The translations under genes were made by a program, and so were the position numbers. A stretch of DNA of 64,000 nucleotides from an uncultured delta proteobacterium (GTDB lineage Bacteria > Desulfobacterota > Desulfobacteria > Desulfobacterales > JAHEIW01). The first letter of the stretch is position 1, and every line of letters starts with the position of its first letter. Under the pieces are notes generated by a model. That model was given only the letters and a program-made list of their open reading frames with translations, was not told the DNA's origin and did no database searches. The stretch spans positions 205,072 to 269,071 of the forward strand of contig CAVPNL010000012.1 of assembly GCA_963706575.1 (NCBI GenBank). Reading direction: 5' to 3'. Positions 17,401-26,950 of this stretch are shown piece after piece.

Positions 17401-19365
17401 TTAGTTTATTTCCTCCGCGCAGATATTCATGCTGCTTTGGATGTCGGAAACCATGGTGGCTGCCTGCTCAATGGTCTCGTTGGCGTTGCGGATCGTACCG
17501 GCGGTAATCGTTTCTTCAAAAAGCTGCTGCACTTTTTTTAATTTGTGATTAAACCAGGCCTGGGCAATGGGCTTCAGCATGGTTTTGAGCTGCTGTTGAT
17601 CGGCCTTTTTCAACTGGGTCGTCACCGGTATGGCAACCAGTGCGTAAAGGTCTTTGGCACCGAAAAGGCCGGTCAATTTCACTTTGATCCCGGCAGCACC
17701 GACCGGGTCACCGGTGGACAGGACATAGGTAACTGCCGCGGTGGCCGGCAGCACGTTCAGCGAGGCCCAAAAGGTCTGACTGATTTTGGACCAGATCCCC
17801 ATTTTGCTGCGAAAATGGTCGGCCAGCTTTTTTAGATCCGCCAGCATGTCTTTGGGAATGTCCACCAGTTCTTCCTTTTGGGAAAGGATTGTTTGCAGCA
17901 TGGACCGAAAATCCTGATCCCGCAACCGCTCCTGTTCCGCAAAAACCGACGGATGGGTATCAACAAAAATACGCAGAATCTGATCTTGCTCGGCGGATTC
18001 CGCCCGGGGGTTTTGCGCAGCGGGATTCTCCCGTTGCACGCGAATGCGATCCACCAGATCAGACATCCGCTTGACAACCGGATCGTTTAACGATCCGGTA
18101 ACGGTAATCTGGGGGCCGATGGCCTGGGCATGCAAACTGGTTACCGCGGTGACCAGATCTTCTTCCAGCTTTTTGTTAAAATCTCCGGAATCCGCCGGCG
18201 CGGCTTTGCCGGAGGCGAGGCGGTCTTTGGCCCAGCCGGCGGCTCCGAACAGTACTTTCAGTGGAAACTCGATCACATTGCCGGTTTTGCGCATAAGCTT
18301 GATGTGGGGCGGATCGGTTTTGGCCCAGATTTTGGCAAAGCGCTTCATGACGCGGTCCATCGGGAAATGTTTGAGGGCCTCATGCACGTATTGGCTCTGG
18401 ACGGTCTGAAAGGCATCCAAATAAAGTTGCAGCTCATCCAGGGAGCATTGCGCATCGGCAAGGAGGTTTTCGGCTTTTTTCAGTGTATCTTTTAATATCG
18501 AAGCGTGCAGTTCAAGTCGCAATTCGGGTGCGTCAACGGCTGTCAGGGCAGAAAGAAATTCGAGGCCATCGTCCGGAACGGGCCGCAGCTTCATGAAACT
18601 TTTTTCAGCTGCCACCCGGTTGTCTTCGTCGGCACGGTAAATCCCCAGAAGGTTATTTTCGGCATCATCACCGTAAATACCACCGGCCACGGTCATGGCA
18701 TGCTCGCGCACCTCCTGGTCGGTAAAGCTGGGATAAACGCGATAGATCAGGAAACACTTGCGGGTACCGATGCCGGTGAGCATCTGGGACATAAAATCGG
18801 TGTTGTCCCGGTTGTTGTAATTGGAATTGGTAAAAATATAAATAAACATATCCGAGGCTTCCAGGGCCAGACGGGTCACGTCCCGGTTGACGTACGCACC
18901 TCCGGCACCGGTGTCAAAGTCAGGCGTATCCAGCAAGACCAGGTCTTTGGGGCCCGAGCGGTTGATCACATAAAGCGGGTTGCCGGGATGGGTGAGGTCG
19001 GCGCTGTCTTTTAGCGGCTGCAGATCCGATCGAAACGGTTCGACCAGATCGGAAACCACGCGGCTATGTTCCACCAGGCTTTTAGGAATTGAGAACAGCA
19101 CGCGGCGATTCATACCGGCCCGGCCGCCGGCGGGCGCCAGCCGCTCCCCCGACAGCGAATTAAACAGGGTCGACTTGCCCGAGGAACCGCCGCCGCAAAT
19201 CGCCGCTACAATGGGAAAATCTGATGAAAATCGGGGGATCAGCTTGGCTTCGATGATATGCATCCAGGAAGCGATATCGGATCTGTCACCAAATTTAAGC
19301 AATTGCGCCAGTCGCGGAATGCCTTCTTTTAAATTTGACAATGCCTTGTGAAAAGCGGAGTCCAT
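17401..19365 (-). CDS. Dynamin-like P-loop GTPase (start may be 19383)
   Basis: G1 GGGSSGKST, G3 LLDTPDFD; canonical G4 not evident; long helical C-terminus. Confidence 0.75.
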   Translation of the reverse strand: MDSAFHKALSNLKEGIPRLAQLLKFGDRSDIASWMHIIEAKLIPRFSSDFPIVAAICGGGSSGKSTLFNSLSGERLAPAGGRAGMNRRVLFSIPKSLVEHSRVVSDLVEPFRSDLQPLKDSADLTHPGNPLYVINRSGPKDLVLLDTPDFDTGAGGAYVNRDVTRLALEASDMFIYIFTNSNYNNRDNTDFMSQMLTGIGTRKCFLIYRVYPSFTDQEVREHAMTVAGGIYGDDAENNLLGIYRADEDNRVAAEKSFMKLRPVPDDGLEFLSALTAVDAPELRLELHASILKDTLKKAENLLADAQCSLDELQLYLDAFQTVQSQYVHEALKHFPMDRVMKRFAKIWAKTDPPHIKLMRKTGNVIEFPLKVLFGAAGWAKDRLASGKAAPADSGDFNKKLEEDLVTAVTSLHAQAIGPQITVTGSLNDPVVKRMSDLVDRIRVQRENPAAQNPRAESAEQDQILRIFVDTHPSVFAEQERLRDQDFRSMLQTILSQKEELVDIPKDMLADLKKLADHFRSKMGIWSKISQTFWASLNVLPATAAVTYVLSTGDPVGAAGIKVKLTGLFGAKDLYALVAIPVTTQLKKADQQQLKTMLKPIAQAWFNHKLKKVQQLFEETITAGTIRNANETIEQAATMVSDIQSSMNICAEEIN

Positions 19366-19467
19366 AACATGTTTTTTTAACATATTGAGATCATTAAGAC
19401 AAAAGATAATTCGCAAACGCCCATATTCAAGCATTGCATTATTATCAGATTTCGTTAAACTTTGATC

Positions 19468-19638
19468 TGGCCGCTGGTCACTGGCTGCTGGCCTCTGGCC
19501 GCCGGCACCTGACTACTGGATTACTACCAGGGTTTCAGTGTTCAGGTGTCAGAAAACAGAAGACGGGGGACAGAACCTGAGAATTCCGCATGTCTTCTGG
19601 CTCGTATTGCTGACACCCGAAACCTGACACCTGAAACC
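19468..19638. repeat. 7-mer tandem and inverted repeats
   Basis: CTGGnnn tandem units, then GGTTTCAGTGTTCAGGTGTCAG mirrored by CTGACACCCGAAACCTGACACCTGAAACC. Confidence 0.6.
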
Positions 19639-19667
19639 TTTTGAATTGAAAATTCTGCCGAATAATT

Positions 19668-21434
19668 ATGAACCTTGCCGACTTAGAAATTTTAGCCCTT
19701 GATTGTCAGGCCACTGGCGCCAACCCGCAAAAAGGGCACCTGCTTGAAATCGGCTGGATTCAAACCTGTGCTGCGGCAGCCGTCAAACCGGAGACATTGA
19801 CTGCAAGCGCCTATCAAATCGCTTTACCGGTGGATGTCGACATCCCTCCGGCGGTGCAACGCATTACCGGCATAACCCGGACGGATTCAGCGCGGGCATT
19901 TCCTGCAGCCGACGTCTGGCACAAACTCGTCCAGGCCGCAAATGGAGCCGCCATTGCCAATCAGATAGAAAAGTGCCCCGTCATCATTCATTATTCCCGC
20001 TTCGAAACCCCGTTCCTGAAGCACCTTCACGCGCTGGAGCATCCGTCGGGTACATTTCCGTTCCGCATTATCTGTACCCACGAAATCGCCAAACGTCTGC
20101 TGCCCGGCTTGCCACGCAGAGGGCTGCGGGCGGTGGCGGGTTACTTTGGACACTCGGTACCGCGGCAGCGTCGCAGCGGTGCTCACGCTGTTGCCACGGC
20201 CGTGATCTGGCAGCATTTCGTTCGGAAGCTCCAGGCCCGGCATGACATCCAGCATTTAGATCAGCTGACTGACTGGCTGGATCGAACCAGGCCCCAAAAC
20301 CGAACCGGTCGGGACTATCCGATGAAGCCGGAAATTCGTCTCAATCTGCCGGACAAACCCGGCATTTATCGCATGTTACGCTCTAATGGCGATTTGCTTT
20401 ACATCGGGAAAGCGACATCCCTGAAGCAGAGGGTCAACAGCTATTTCCGACAAAAAGGGCCCTGTGCGGAGCATACCCTCGAAATGCTCAGCCAGGCCGC
20501 CGATCTGGATGTGACCCAGACCGGCTCCGCGTTGGAAGCCGCTGTGCTGGAATCAGACGAAATCAAGCGGCATTCTCCACCATATAATGTCGCCCTGCAA
20601 AAAGGGCAGCGCAAACTAACATTTCTTACCAGGGATCTCCAAAGGTGCTCTGATGAACTCGATAAAACCCATTGCCTGGGCCCGCTTCCCGCAGGAAACA
20701 CAGTAAATGCCATGGCTGCCTTTGGAAGTTGGCACGAGAACCTTCAAAACATACCCCGTGATGAAGTTCTCGAACTCGGATATGTCATACTGGGTGTGCC
20801 GCAAGCCTATGCCCCGGAGCCGGACTGCCTGGCAGAGGGGCTGGACCTGTTTGGGCACAACCACCTGACGCATTTATCCCACTCGCCTCCGTTGCGAACC
20901 TTGACCGCATTGGGTCATCGTCTCTGGCGGGAGCGGCTTGCGGAGCTTGCAAAGGCTCCAATTGAATATACGGAAGAAAGCGTTGAAGCGGCATCTGCTG
21001 ATTCTGAGCTGGAAGTCGATGAAGCACCGAGCTGGTCACCCGAAATGGTGGCCCGCGGAATTGAAAAATTTAGCATGCGCGCCGCACTGTTGATTCGCCG
21101 CGCCCGCTGGCTGTGCCTGCTGAGTGAATCCTCACTGGCCTGGAAGGTGCGAGACGCGGACGATCATCGCAAAATCGTCTTGCGGTTTGAAAACGGCACT
21201 GTCGCGCATCGGGAAGAACTGCCGGGCCAGGCCGAAGTGCCCCTGTCGGCCGGATATGTTAAACGCATGGCCAATCGACAGAAAATATTCGATTTGGCAA
21301 CCTACGAGCGCCTGCGGGTGGTGACCACCGAACTGCGACGACTCGTCGCTGCCGGCCGCAGCGTTGAGATTCGCTTGAGACCGAATGCAACCCTGAGCCG
21401 CAGGCAGCTCACCAGAATGCTACCATGGGTCTAA
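19668..21434 (+). CDS. DEDDh (DnaQ-like) exonuclease domain + GIY-YIG (UvrC/Cho-like) nuclease fusion
   Basis: ALDCQATG...LLEIG...RITGI; PDKPGIYRM...LLYIGKATSLKQRVNSYF...LE...PPYN. Confidence 0.85.
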   Translation: MNLADLEILALDCQATGANPQKGHLLEIGWIQTCAAAAVKPETLTASAYQIALPVDVDIPPAVQRITGITRTDSARAFPAADVWHKLVQAANGAAIANQIEKCPVIIHYSRFETPFLKHLHALEHPSGTFPFRIICTHEIAKRLLPGLPRRGLRAVAGYFGHSVPRQRRSGAHAVATAVIWQHFVRKLQARHDIQHLDQLTDWLDRTRPQNRTGRDYPMKPEIRLNLPDKPGIYRMLRSNGDLLYIGKATSLKQRVNSYFRQKGPCAEHTLEMLSQAADLDVTQTGSALEAAVLESDEIKRHSPPYNVALQKGQRKLTFLTRDLQRCSDELDKTHCLGPLPAGNTVNAMAAFGSWHENLQNIPRDEVLELGYVILGVPQAYAPEPDCLAEGLDLFGHNHLTHLSHSPPLRTLTALGHRLWRERLAELAKAPIEYTEESVEAASADSELEVDEAPSWSPEMVARGIEKFSMRAALLIRRARWLCLLSESSLAWKVRDADDHRKIVLRFENGTVAHREELPGQAEVPLSAGYVKRMANRQKIFDLATYERLRVVTTELRRLVAAGRSVEIRLRPNATLSRRQLTRMLPWV

Positions 21435-21868
21435 TCCTGTTTCAGGTATTGCAAAAGGATCTGAAAGGAATGCCGCTCAACGCGCCGGTATTTTATCCCG
21501 GTTCGATCGAGCGCACGTCTTTTGCAGAGAAAGATGAGCCCAAGGGCTATCTAATCCTGGAATTTGAAACCGGAGGAGCCTCAACCGGAACTTTAAGGAA
21601 TTGGACCTTTCACGAGCTGCCGGCCCGTCCCATGAACCAGCTGGACCTGCATGCCGCCGCAATGACCGGCCCGCAGATCCAGTCCTGGATCCAGTCCCGT
21701 CTCTATGAAATCCCCGCAGACAGCGTGGTCAAACTCAAAGTGCACGGCAAAATCTCAACGGAAGCCCTGGCCGTCATCAGGGCCCCCGCCCTGAGGGCGC
21801 TAGCACCGGAGACCATGAACATCGACGCCATTCTGGTTGATTATCGCTATTATCGAAATCGCCGATAA
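21425..21868 (+). pseudogene. C-terminal part of an SbcD/Mre11-like metallophosphoesterase
   Basis: VFYPGSIERTSFAEKDEPKGY motif present; N-terminal metal-binding motifs absent. Confidence 0.65.
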
Positions 21869-21979
21869 AATTTTCACACCCCTGTACCCCAATTTTTTAT
21901 TTGTATTCAGTTTTTGAAATCAGTATGAAATACATAACGCGAAAATTCATATATTCCGTATTAACGAGAGAAAATATCC

Positions 21980-22690
21980 ATGTTACCAGACATAGCAAAA
22001 TATCGGGTTCTGGGTATCTCAATGGTTCTGATAAGCATTTTTTACCTTTGCGGGGCGGCGGTGAATGCCCAATCAGAGTACAAGGAAACCATATCCGTTC
22101 TGCAGTCACTCCACCAGGACGAAATGCAGGCCATGCATAACTATCAGGCCTATGCCAAAAAGGCAGTATCACAAAAATATCCAAATATCGCCAAATTATT
22201 TATGACCCTGGCCGCTTCCGAATCCGTTCATGGCCGCAACTTTAAAGCGTGTTTGGCAAAATTAGGGGTCGCGGCGGAAAAATTACCGCAACAGCCGGTC
22301 AAGGTTGGCAGTACCCGCAAAAATCTGAAATTTGCCATCGCGGTGGAATTGGAAGAAATTGACCAAAAATACCCCCAGGTCCTCGAGCAGATAAAATCCG
22401 AAAACCATGCGGCAGCGATTCAATACATCACCTATGCCTGGGAATCGGAGAAACAGCATCGCAAACTGCTAAAAAGAATCCAATCGGGCACGGGTATATT
22501 TTTTGGATTGTTGACCAAACGGATCGAAGGGAACCCCTATCAATATTTTGTCTGTCAAAACTGTGGTTCGACACTTACCGAGATTCCCGCATCCGTGTGC
22601 CCGGTCTGCGGGGGGCCGCCTGCAAAATATAAGGAAATCATATTGGACGTCCCCGACGACGTCCCCGACGAAAAACATCCTTATAAATAA
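21980..22690 (+). CDS. Rubrerythrin-family protein with N-terminal signal/hydrophobic segment
   Basis: E..A...Y, SESVH, E.EE....YP, SEKQH diiron motifs; C-terminal CQNC...CPVC rubredoxin-like site. Confidence 0.85.
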   Translation: MLPDIAKYRVLGISMVLISIFYLCGAAVNAQSEYKETISVLQSLHQDEMQAMHNYQAYAKKAVSQKYPNIAKLFMTLAASESVHGRNFKACLAKLGVAAEKLPQQPVKVGSTRKNLKFAIAVELEEIDQKYPQVLEQIKSENHAAAIQYITYAWESEKQHRKLLKRIQSGTGIFFGLLTKRIEGNPYQYFVCQNCGSTLTEIPASVCPVCGGPPAKYKEIILDVPDDVPDEKHPYK

Positions 22691-22707
22691 ACCTTGAGAG
22701 GTTTCAA

Positions 22708-22833
22708 ATGAATGACCTGCTGCTTTCTTTCGGATTCATGGAAGACATCCCGGAAGCGGCTCAGTATAAAGAACAAACAGTGCAGCTGCAGGCCGGCGAC
22801 TCAGCGCTTTTATTCAGCGACGGTGCCTTTTAG
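22708..22833 (+). pseudogene. Fragment of a PP2C/SpoIIE-type phosphatase
   Basis: Translates YKEQTVQLQAGDSALLFSDG, resembling the SpoIIE (L)xxGDxLLLFSDG motif. Confidence 0.5.
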
Positions 22834-22845
22834 ATGATCATCACG

Positions 22846-23255
22846 CTATACGTAACAAATGCCAATTTTTCTCTTAATATTAATTAGTTATATTCTGTTT
22901 AATAATTCGTATTTTGCTGGCTATCAAGCAAAATTAAAGATGATTACCTCCGGTTCGCTGCATCACCAGCCTCATTGCTTTAAAATAATCACGCTGTACT
23001 TTGAGATTGCACACCTTGCAATACCTCTGGGTTGTCTTGATTCTCGCATGGCCTAACAGATCCTGGATGGTGACCAGATCCGCATCGGCATTGAGCAGTT
23101 GAGTCGCCATCGTATGACGCAGCTGGTGGCATGATATCGGCAAACCGGTTTTGTTGGCATAGTGCTCCATTCGTTTTTGGATGCCTCGCACCGATATCGA
23201 TTTGCCTCTGTGAGTGCCTTTTTCAACCAGGAACAGCTTCTTGACTCTGCAAAAC
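22846..23255 (-). pseudogene. Remnant of a related twin-recombinase element (3' part of recombinase 2 plus degenerate right end)
   Basis: LFLVEKG..RG..SCHQLRHTMATQLLNADADLVTIQDLLGHA is near-identical to gene 4343; end motif TAACTAATTAATATTAA.AGAAA is shared. Confidence 0.85.
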
Positions 23256-23448
23256 AGAATCTCACATGGCCTCCTTTTCGCGTATTTTCCGACAGGCAAG
23301 GAATTCAATATCATCAAGAGAGAGTGTTTTTTCTTTTCTTTTGCAAGCGAATGCGGGAAAATCTCTAATCGGTAATTTCTTTGTCAATCACGGATGCATT
23401 GAAATTCGAAGATTCTCTTAGACTAAAATTGGAAAAATACAATCGAAA

Positions 23449-24282
23449 ATGTCCGATGTCATCGAAAAACTAAACCATTCGATCGTCCAACATGGTTCAT
23501 ATAACAGTCGCATCTATCTGATGAAACTTCATGAGCGCGATATGCCATCTATTGTACCTGTATTAGAGCGCCTCGCCCGCGAAAAAGGCTATGAGAAGAT
23601 TTTAGTCAAGACACCAGCTCGCCACAGAGATGGGTTCGCAAAAGAAGGATACCATCAGGAGGCGATTATCCCCCGTTATTTTAAAGATCGAGAGGATGCG
23701 GTTTTTATGGCTAAATATTATTCCTCGATCCGGAGACGGGTCAAAGATCGTCAGCGCATCATTGCAATTCTTTCACAGGCAGACAGATACGAACAGACCC
23801 GATCGCACCAAACAAATGACCTCTTTTGGGGAGTACAGATCTGCCAGCAGGACGATGCCCCTGAGATGAGCCGATTGTACAAAGCGGTTTTTAAAACATA
23901 TCCGTTTCCGGTCTTTGATCCGCATTTTTTGATTGAATCGATAAATCATCATGTAACCTATTTTTGTATTCGCACGGACAATCGAATCGTGGCTTTGGCT
24001 GCATCGGAGAAGGACCCTGACAACTTGGCTGTCGAGATGACGGACTTTGCAACCCTTTCCGGGCACCGCAGTCAGGGGATGGCCAGCTGTCTGCTGAGGG
24101 CGATGGAACATGAGATGATTCAACAGAGCCTTAAAACAGCTTTCAGTATTGCCAGGTCATTCTCACCGGAAATAAATATTACATTCGGCAAGAACGGCTA
24201 TCGGTATGGCGGTACCCTGGGAAACAACACCAATATTGCCGGGCGGATCGAAAGCATGAACATCTGGTACAAACATCTGTAA
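23449..24282 (+). CDS. ablB: Putative beta-lysine N-acetyltransferase (AblB/YodP family)
   Basis: QHG.YNSRIYLMKL, YPFPVFDP, EMTDFATL..HR.QG.A, G.L.NNTNIAG.IESMNIWYK. Confidence 0.85.
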   Translation: MSDVIEKLNHSIVQHGSYNSRIYLMKLHERDMPSIVPVLERLAREKGYEKILVKTPARHRDGFAKEGYHQEAIIPRYFKDREDAVFMAKYYSSIRRRVKDRQRIIAILSQADRYEQTRSHQTNDLFWGVQICQQDDAPEMSRLYKAVFKTYPFPVFDPHFLIESINHHVTYFCIRTDNRIVALAASEKDPDNLAVEMTDFATLSGHRSQGMASCLLRAMEHEMIQQSLKTAFSIARSFSPEINITFGKNGYRYGGTLGNNTNIAGRIESMNIWYKHL

Positions 24283-24464
24283 AGCATCAGAGGCTGCTTT
24301 CAACTTCACTCTCAGCTGAAAATCTTTTACTTTGCGGGATGTATTTGACAATGAATTCGGCCATGGTATACTGGCCGTCAAAGAAGAGTAGACCGGTAAC
24401 GCTTTTCTCTCGCCGCCGGTCGTTAAGAAAGCCTAAGGCTCAAACTGTTTTCTAAATCGACAAG

Positions 24465-26942
24465 GTGAATAAAATGAATCTTGAAAATACGGTCTATGAA
24501 GTGGAATTTGTCAACTCGCGGGAACAGACAGATGTCGCCCTTTCCTCGCTCTCCGATGATGCTGTTGATTTCCTCGAGCATTTTGGAGAGGAATATCTAT
24601 TAGGGAAAGTCTTTCATGACATCATCGGTGAAGGCGACGGCCAAACCAAATTTCACAGGTTGTTAAACGCTGCCGGGTATGAAAATAACCCGCCTGGCTT
24701 TTTTTTAGAGATGACCGAAAAACTGGGAAACGCAAGCAGTGCAAAGGGGGTTCCGATCGAAGTCAACGGCATTGACCTGCCCAACCTTTTCGTATTGTCA
24801 ATCCTGGAAAAAATCATACCGGGCAACCGCTTTATCTCCATACGAGATGTGAGCCAATATGAAAAACTGGCCAATATTGCGGTTGGCGAATCGGAGCGGG
24901 ATGCGCTGCAGGAGGTCATTGAGACCTATCCGGTCAGGCTCTCCCTGCATACCCTTCGCCAGATGCGGGTGTCAAAGAACGTTGCCTACCAGTATGCGCC
25001 GTTTGTCGAGGAACTGGATCCGGTCGGACAGGTCAACACCTGGATCGGTCAATTCCATCAGGGGCTTTTAGAGCGGATGTACCGTAATCGGGTTATCTTT
25101 TTGCTGAACATGAGCTGCCCGGTTTACTGTCGCTTCTGTTTCAGAAAACATAAAGATTCCAGAAACCAGGTCAATCCAACGGAAGCAGATGTGCGCGAGT
25201 CGGTCGATTATGTAGGGCAATCTCCCAATATTAAGGAAATTGTGATTACCGGGGGGGACCCCTTTTTGAACAAGAAAAACATGATGGCTGCCATTGACGG
25301 CTTGAAAGAGATCCCGCATGTTCAGACCCTTCGGCTGGCAACACGCTCCATTTCTTACTACCCGCATCTCTTCTACAAAGACAATTCCTTCTGGCTGAAC
25401 TTTGTTAAGATGAAGAACCTTGAACTGCAACAGCTGGGAAAACGCTTAGAGGTTGCCACCCATTTCATCCATCCAGATGAGATCTCCCTGGACAGCCTGG
25501 ATATCATTTCGACGCTTGTCAAAAACGGCATCAGCGTTTATGTCCAGACGCCTTTTCTGAGCAACTGCAATGATGAAGGCCCCGAACTAACAAGGCTCTT
25601 CAGCCTCTTAAGGGGCGCGGGGGCTGAACTTCACTACATTTATATCCCCTGCAGTCCGATACAAGGTAACAGCGTTTATTGGTCGCCGATCTCAAAAGGG
25701 TTGGCCGCAGCCCAATATCTGCGGGCCCACCTGTCGGATCGGATCATGCCCAGAATCTGTACGGCCACACCCATCGGAAAAATAGACTGGCACTCGAGCG
25801 GCTGGGCGGTTGAAAAAGATAAGCAAGATGATCACTTTTTCTGGATCAGAACGCCCTATACCCCGGAATATTTTAAGGACTTCGCCCAGAAAGTCGAGGA
25901 GCAGGATGTCGTACGGGTCAACTCGGAAGGCACGCTGGATGCGCGCTTTATGGCACAAATCGGGGATGATTCGATATTCATTGGTTCCCGCAAAGCAGCG
26001 CCCGCCAAAGCAGATGAGACCGATCAGGATGCCCTGGAAACGATGCAGGCCCTTACAAAAAAAGATCAGAGAATTGGATGTTCGATCGTTTCGACTGGAT
26101 CGGCAAGCATTTTCAGAGCCCACGAGACGCGAGTTGAAATCGATGCGACGGCCAGCGATAAAGATTTGGATTATATTCGACAGGATAACCGAATCACCGA
26201 TGTCGTCATTTCATCTGAGCAAGATGCCATAGAGAACCTTTATGGCATCGGAAAGCTGATCGGCGATCTGCGCGAAATCCATCATGTCAACGCCGTCCGG
26301 TTGCGGAGTCTCAAATTCAACTATGAACCCGCGGTTTATACCAGGGCTGTCATTGAGCGGCTGGGTGAGCTCAACCGATTGGCGGTGGTCAATCCCTTGC
26401 GGCTGGAAATCGAGACGCAATTTCTGCATTCCAGCGAAATCGAGCAAATCCATGAGGACCGAATAAAGGCTTTACACAATAAAGGCATTACCGTTTACAA
26501 TAACACACCCCTTTTGGCAAACATCAATGACAATGAGGAAGAAATACACCGCTTGGCGCACACTTGTCGAAAGATCGGCCTCGAATACCACCATCTGTAT
26601 GTGGCCGGTTTGCCCCTGCAAAAAGATTGGAGTCAAAAACATCCCGTCGACATTTCTACTGTCATCGACATTGCAACGCGCGTCCGCAAGGACGGCAGCG
26701 GTCGGGAGATACCGCGCTATATCATCCTTACGGAGCTGGGCGAAGTCGATTTCGGTCTTACATCGAGACTGTCGGAAGAAAACGGGGGGATGGTGCTAAA
26801 ACTGACGCCATATACGCTGGATTATTTTAAAGGCATGGATCCGACTTACGACTGGCCGCCGCATGTCAGAATCGATACAGACGGTAAACCGATCATAGCG
26901 GTTGCCGGACTGGTGAACCCCAGCGGTTTTTTTATGACCTGA
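24465..26942 (+). CDS. KamA-family radical SAM (2,3-aminomutase-like) protein with a duplicated, degenerate second domain
   Basis: ERMYRNRV, CPVYCRFCFR, ITGGDP, THFIHPDEI; the C-terminal third repeats these motifs without the cluster Cys. Confidence 0.85.
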   Translation: MNKMNLENTVYEVEFVNSREQTDVALSSLSDDAVDFLEHFGEEYLLGKVFHDIIGEGDGQTKFHRLLNAAGYENNPPGFFLEMTEKLGNASSAKGVPIEVNGIDLPNLFVLSILEKIIPGNRFISIRDVSQYEKLANIAVGESERDALQEVIETYPVRLSLHTLRQMRVSKNVAYQYAPFVEELDPVGQVNTWIGQFHQGLLERMYRNRVIFLLNMSCPVYCRFCFRKHKDSRNQVNPTEADVRESVDYVGQSPNIKEIVITGGDPFLNKKNMMAAIDGLKEIPHVQTLRLATRSISYYPHLFYKDNSFWLNFVKMKNLELQQLGKRLEVATHFIHPDEISLDSLDIISTLVKNGISVYVQTPFLSNCNDEGPELTRLFSLLRGAGAELHYIYIPCSPIQGNSVYWSPISKGLAAAQYLRAHLSDRIMPRICTATPIGKIDWHSSGWAVEKDKQDDHFFWIRTPYTPEYFKDFAQKVEEQDVVRVNSEGTLDARFMAQIGDDSIFIGSRKAAPAKADETDQDALETMQALTKKDQRIGCSIVSTGSASIFRAHETRVEIDATASDKDLDYIRQDNRITDVVISSEQDAIENLYGIGKLIGDLREIHHVNAVRLRSLKFNYEPAVYTRAVIERLGELNRLAVVNPLRLEIETQFLHSSEIEQIHEDRIKALHNKGITVYNNTPLLANINDNEEEIHRLAHTCRKIGLEYHHLYVAGLPLQKDWSQKHPVDISTVIDIATRVRKDGSGREIPRYIILTELGEVDFGLTSRLSEENGGMVLKLTPYTLDYFKGMDPTYDWPPHVRIDTDGKPIIAVAGLVNPSGFFMT

Positions 26943-26950
26943 TTCAAGTA

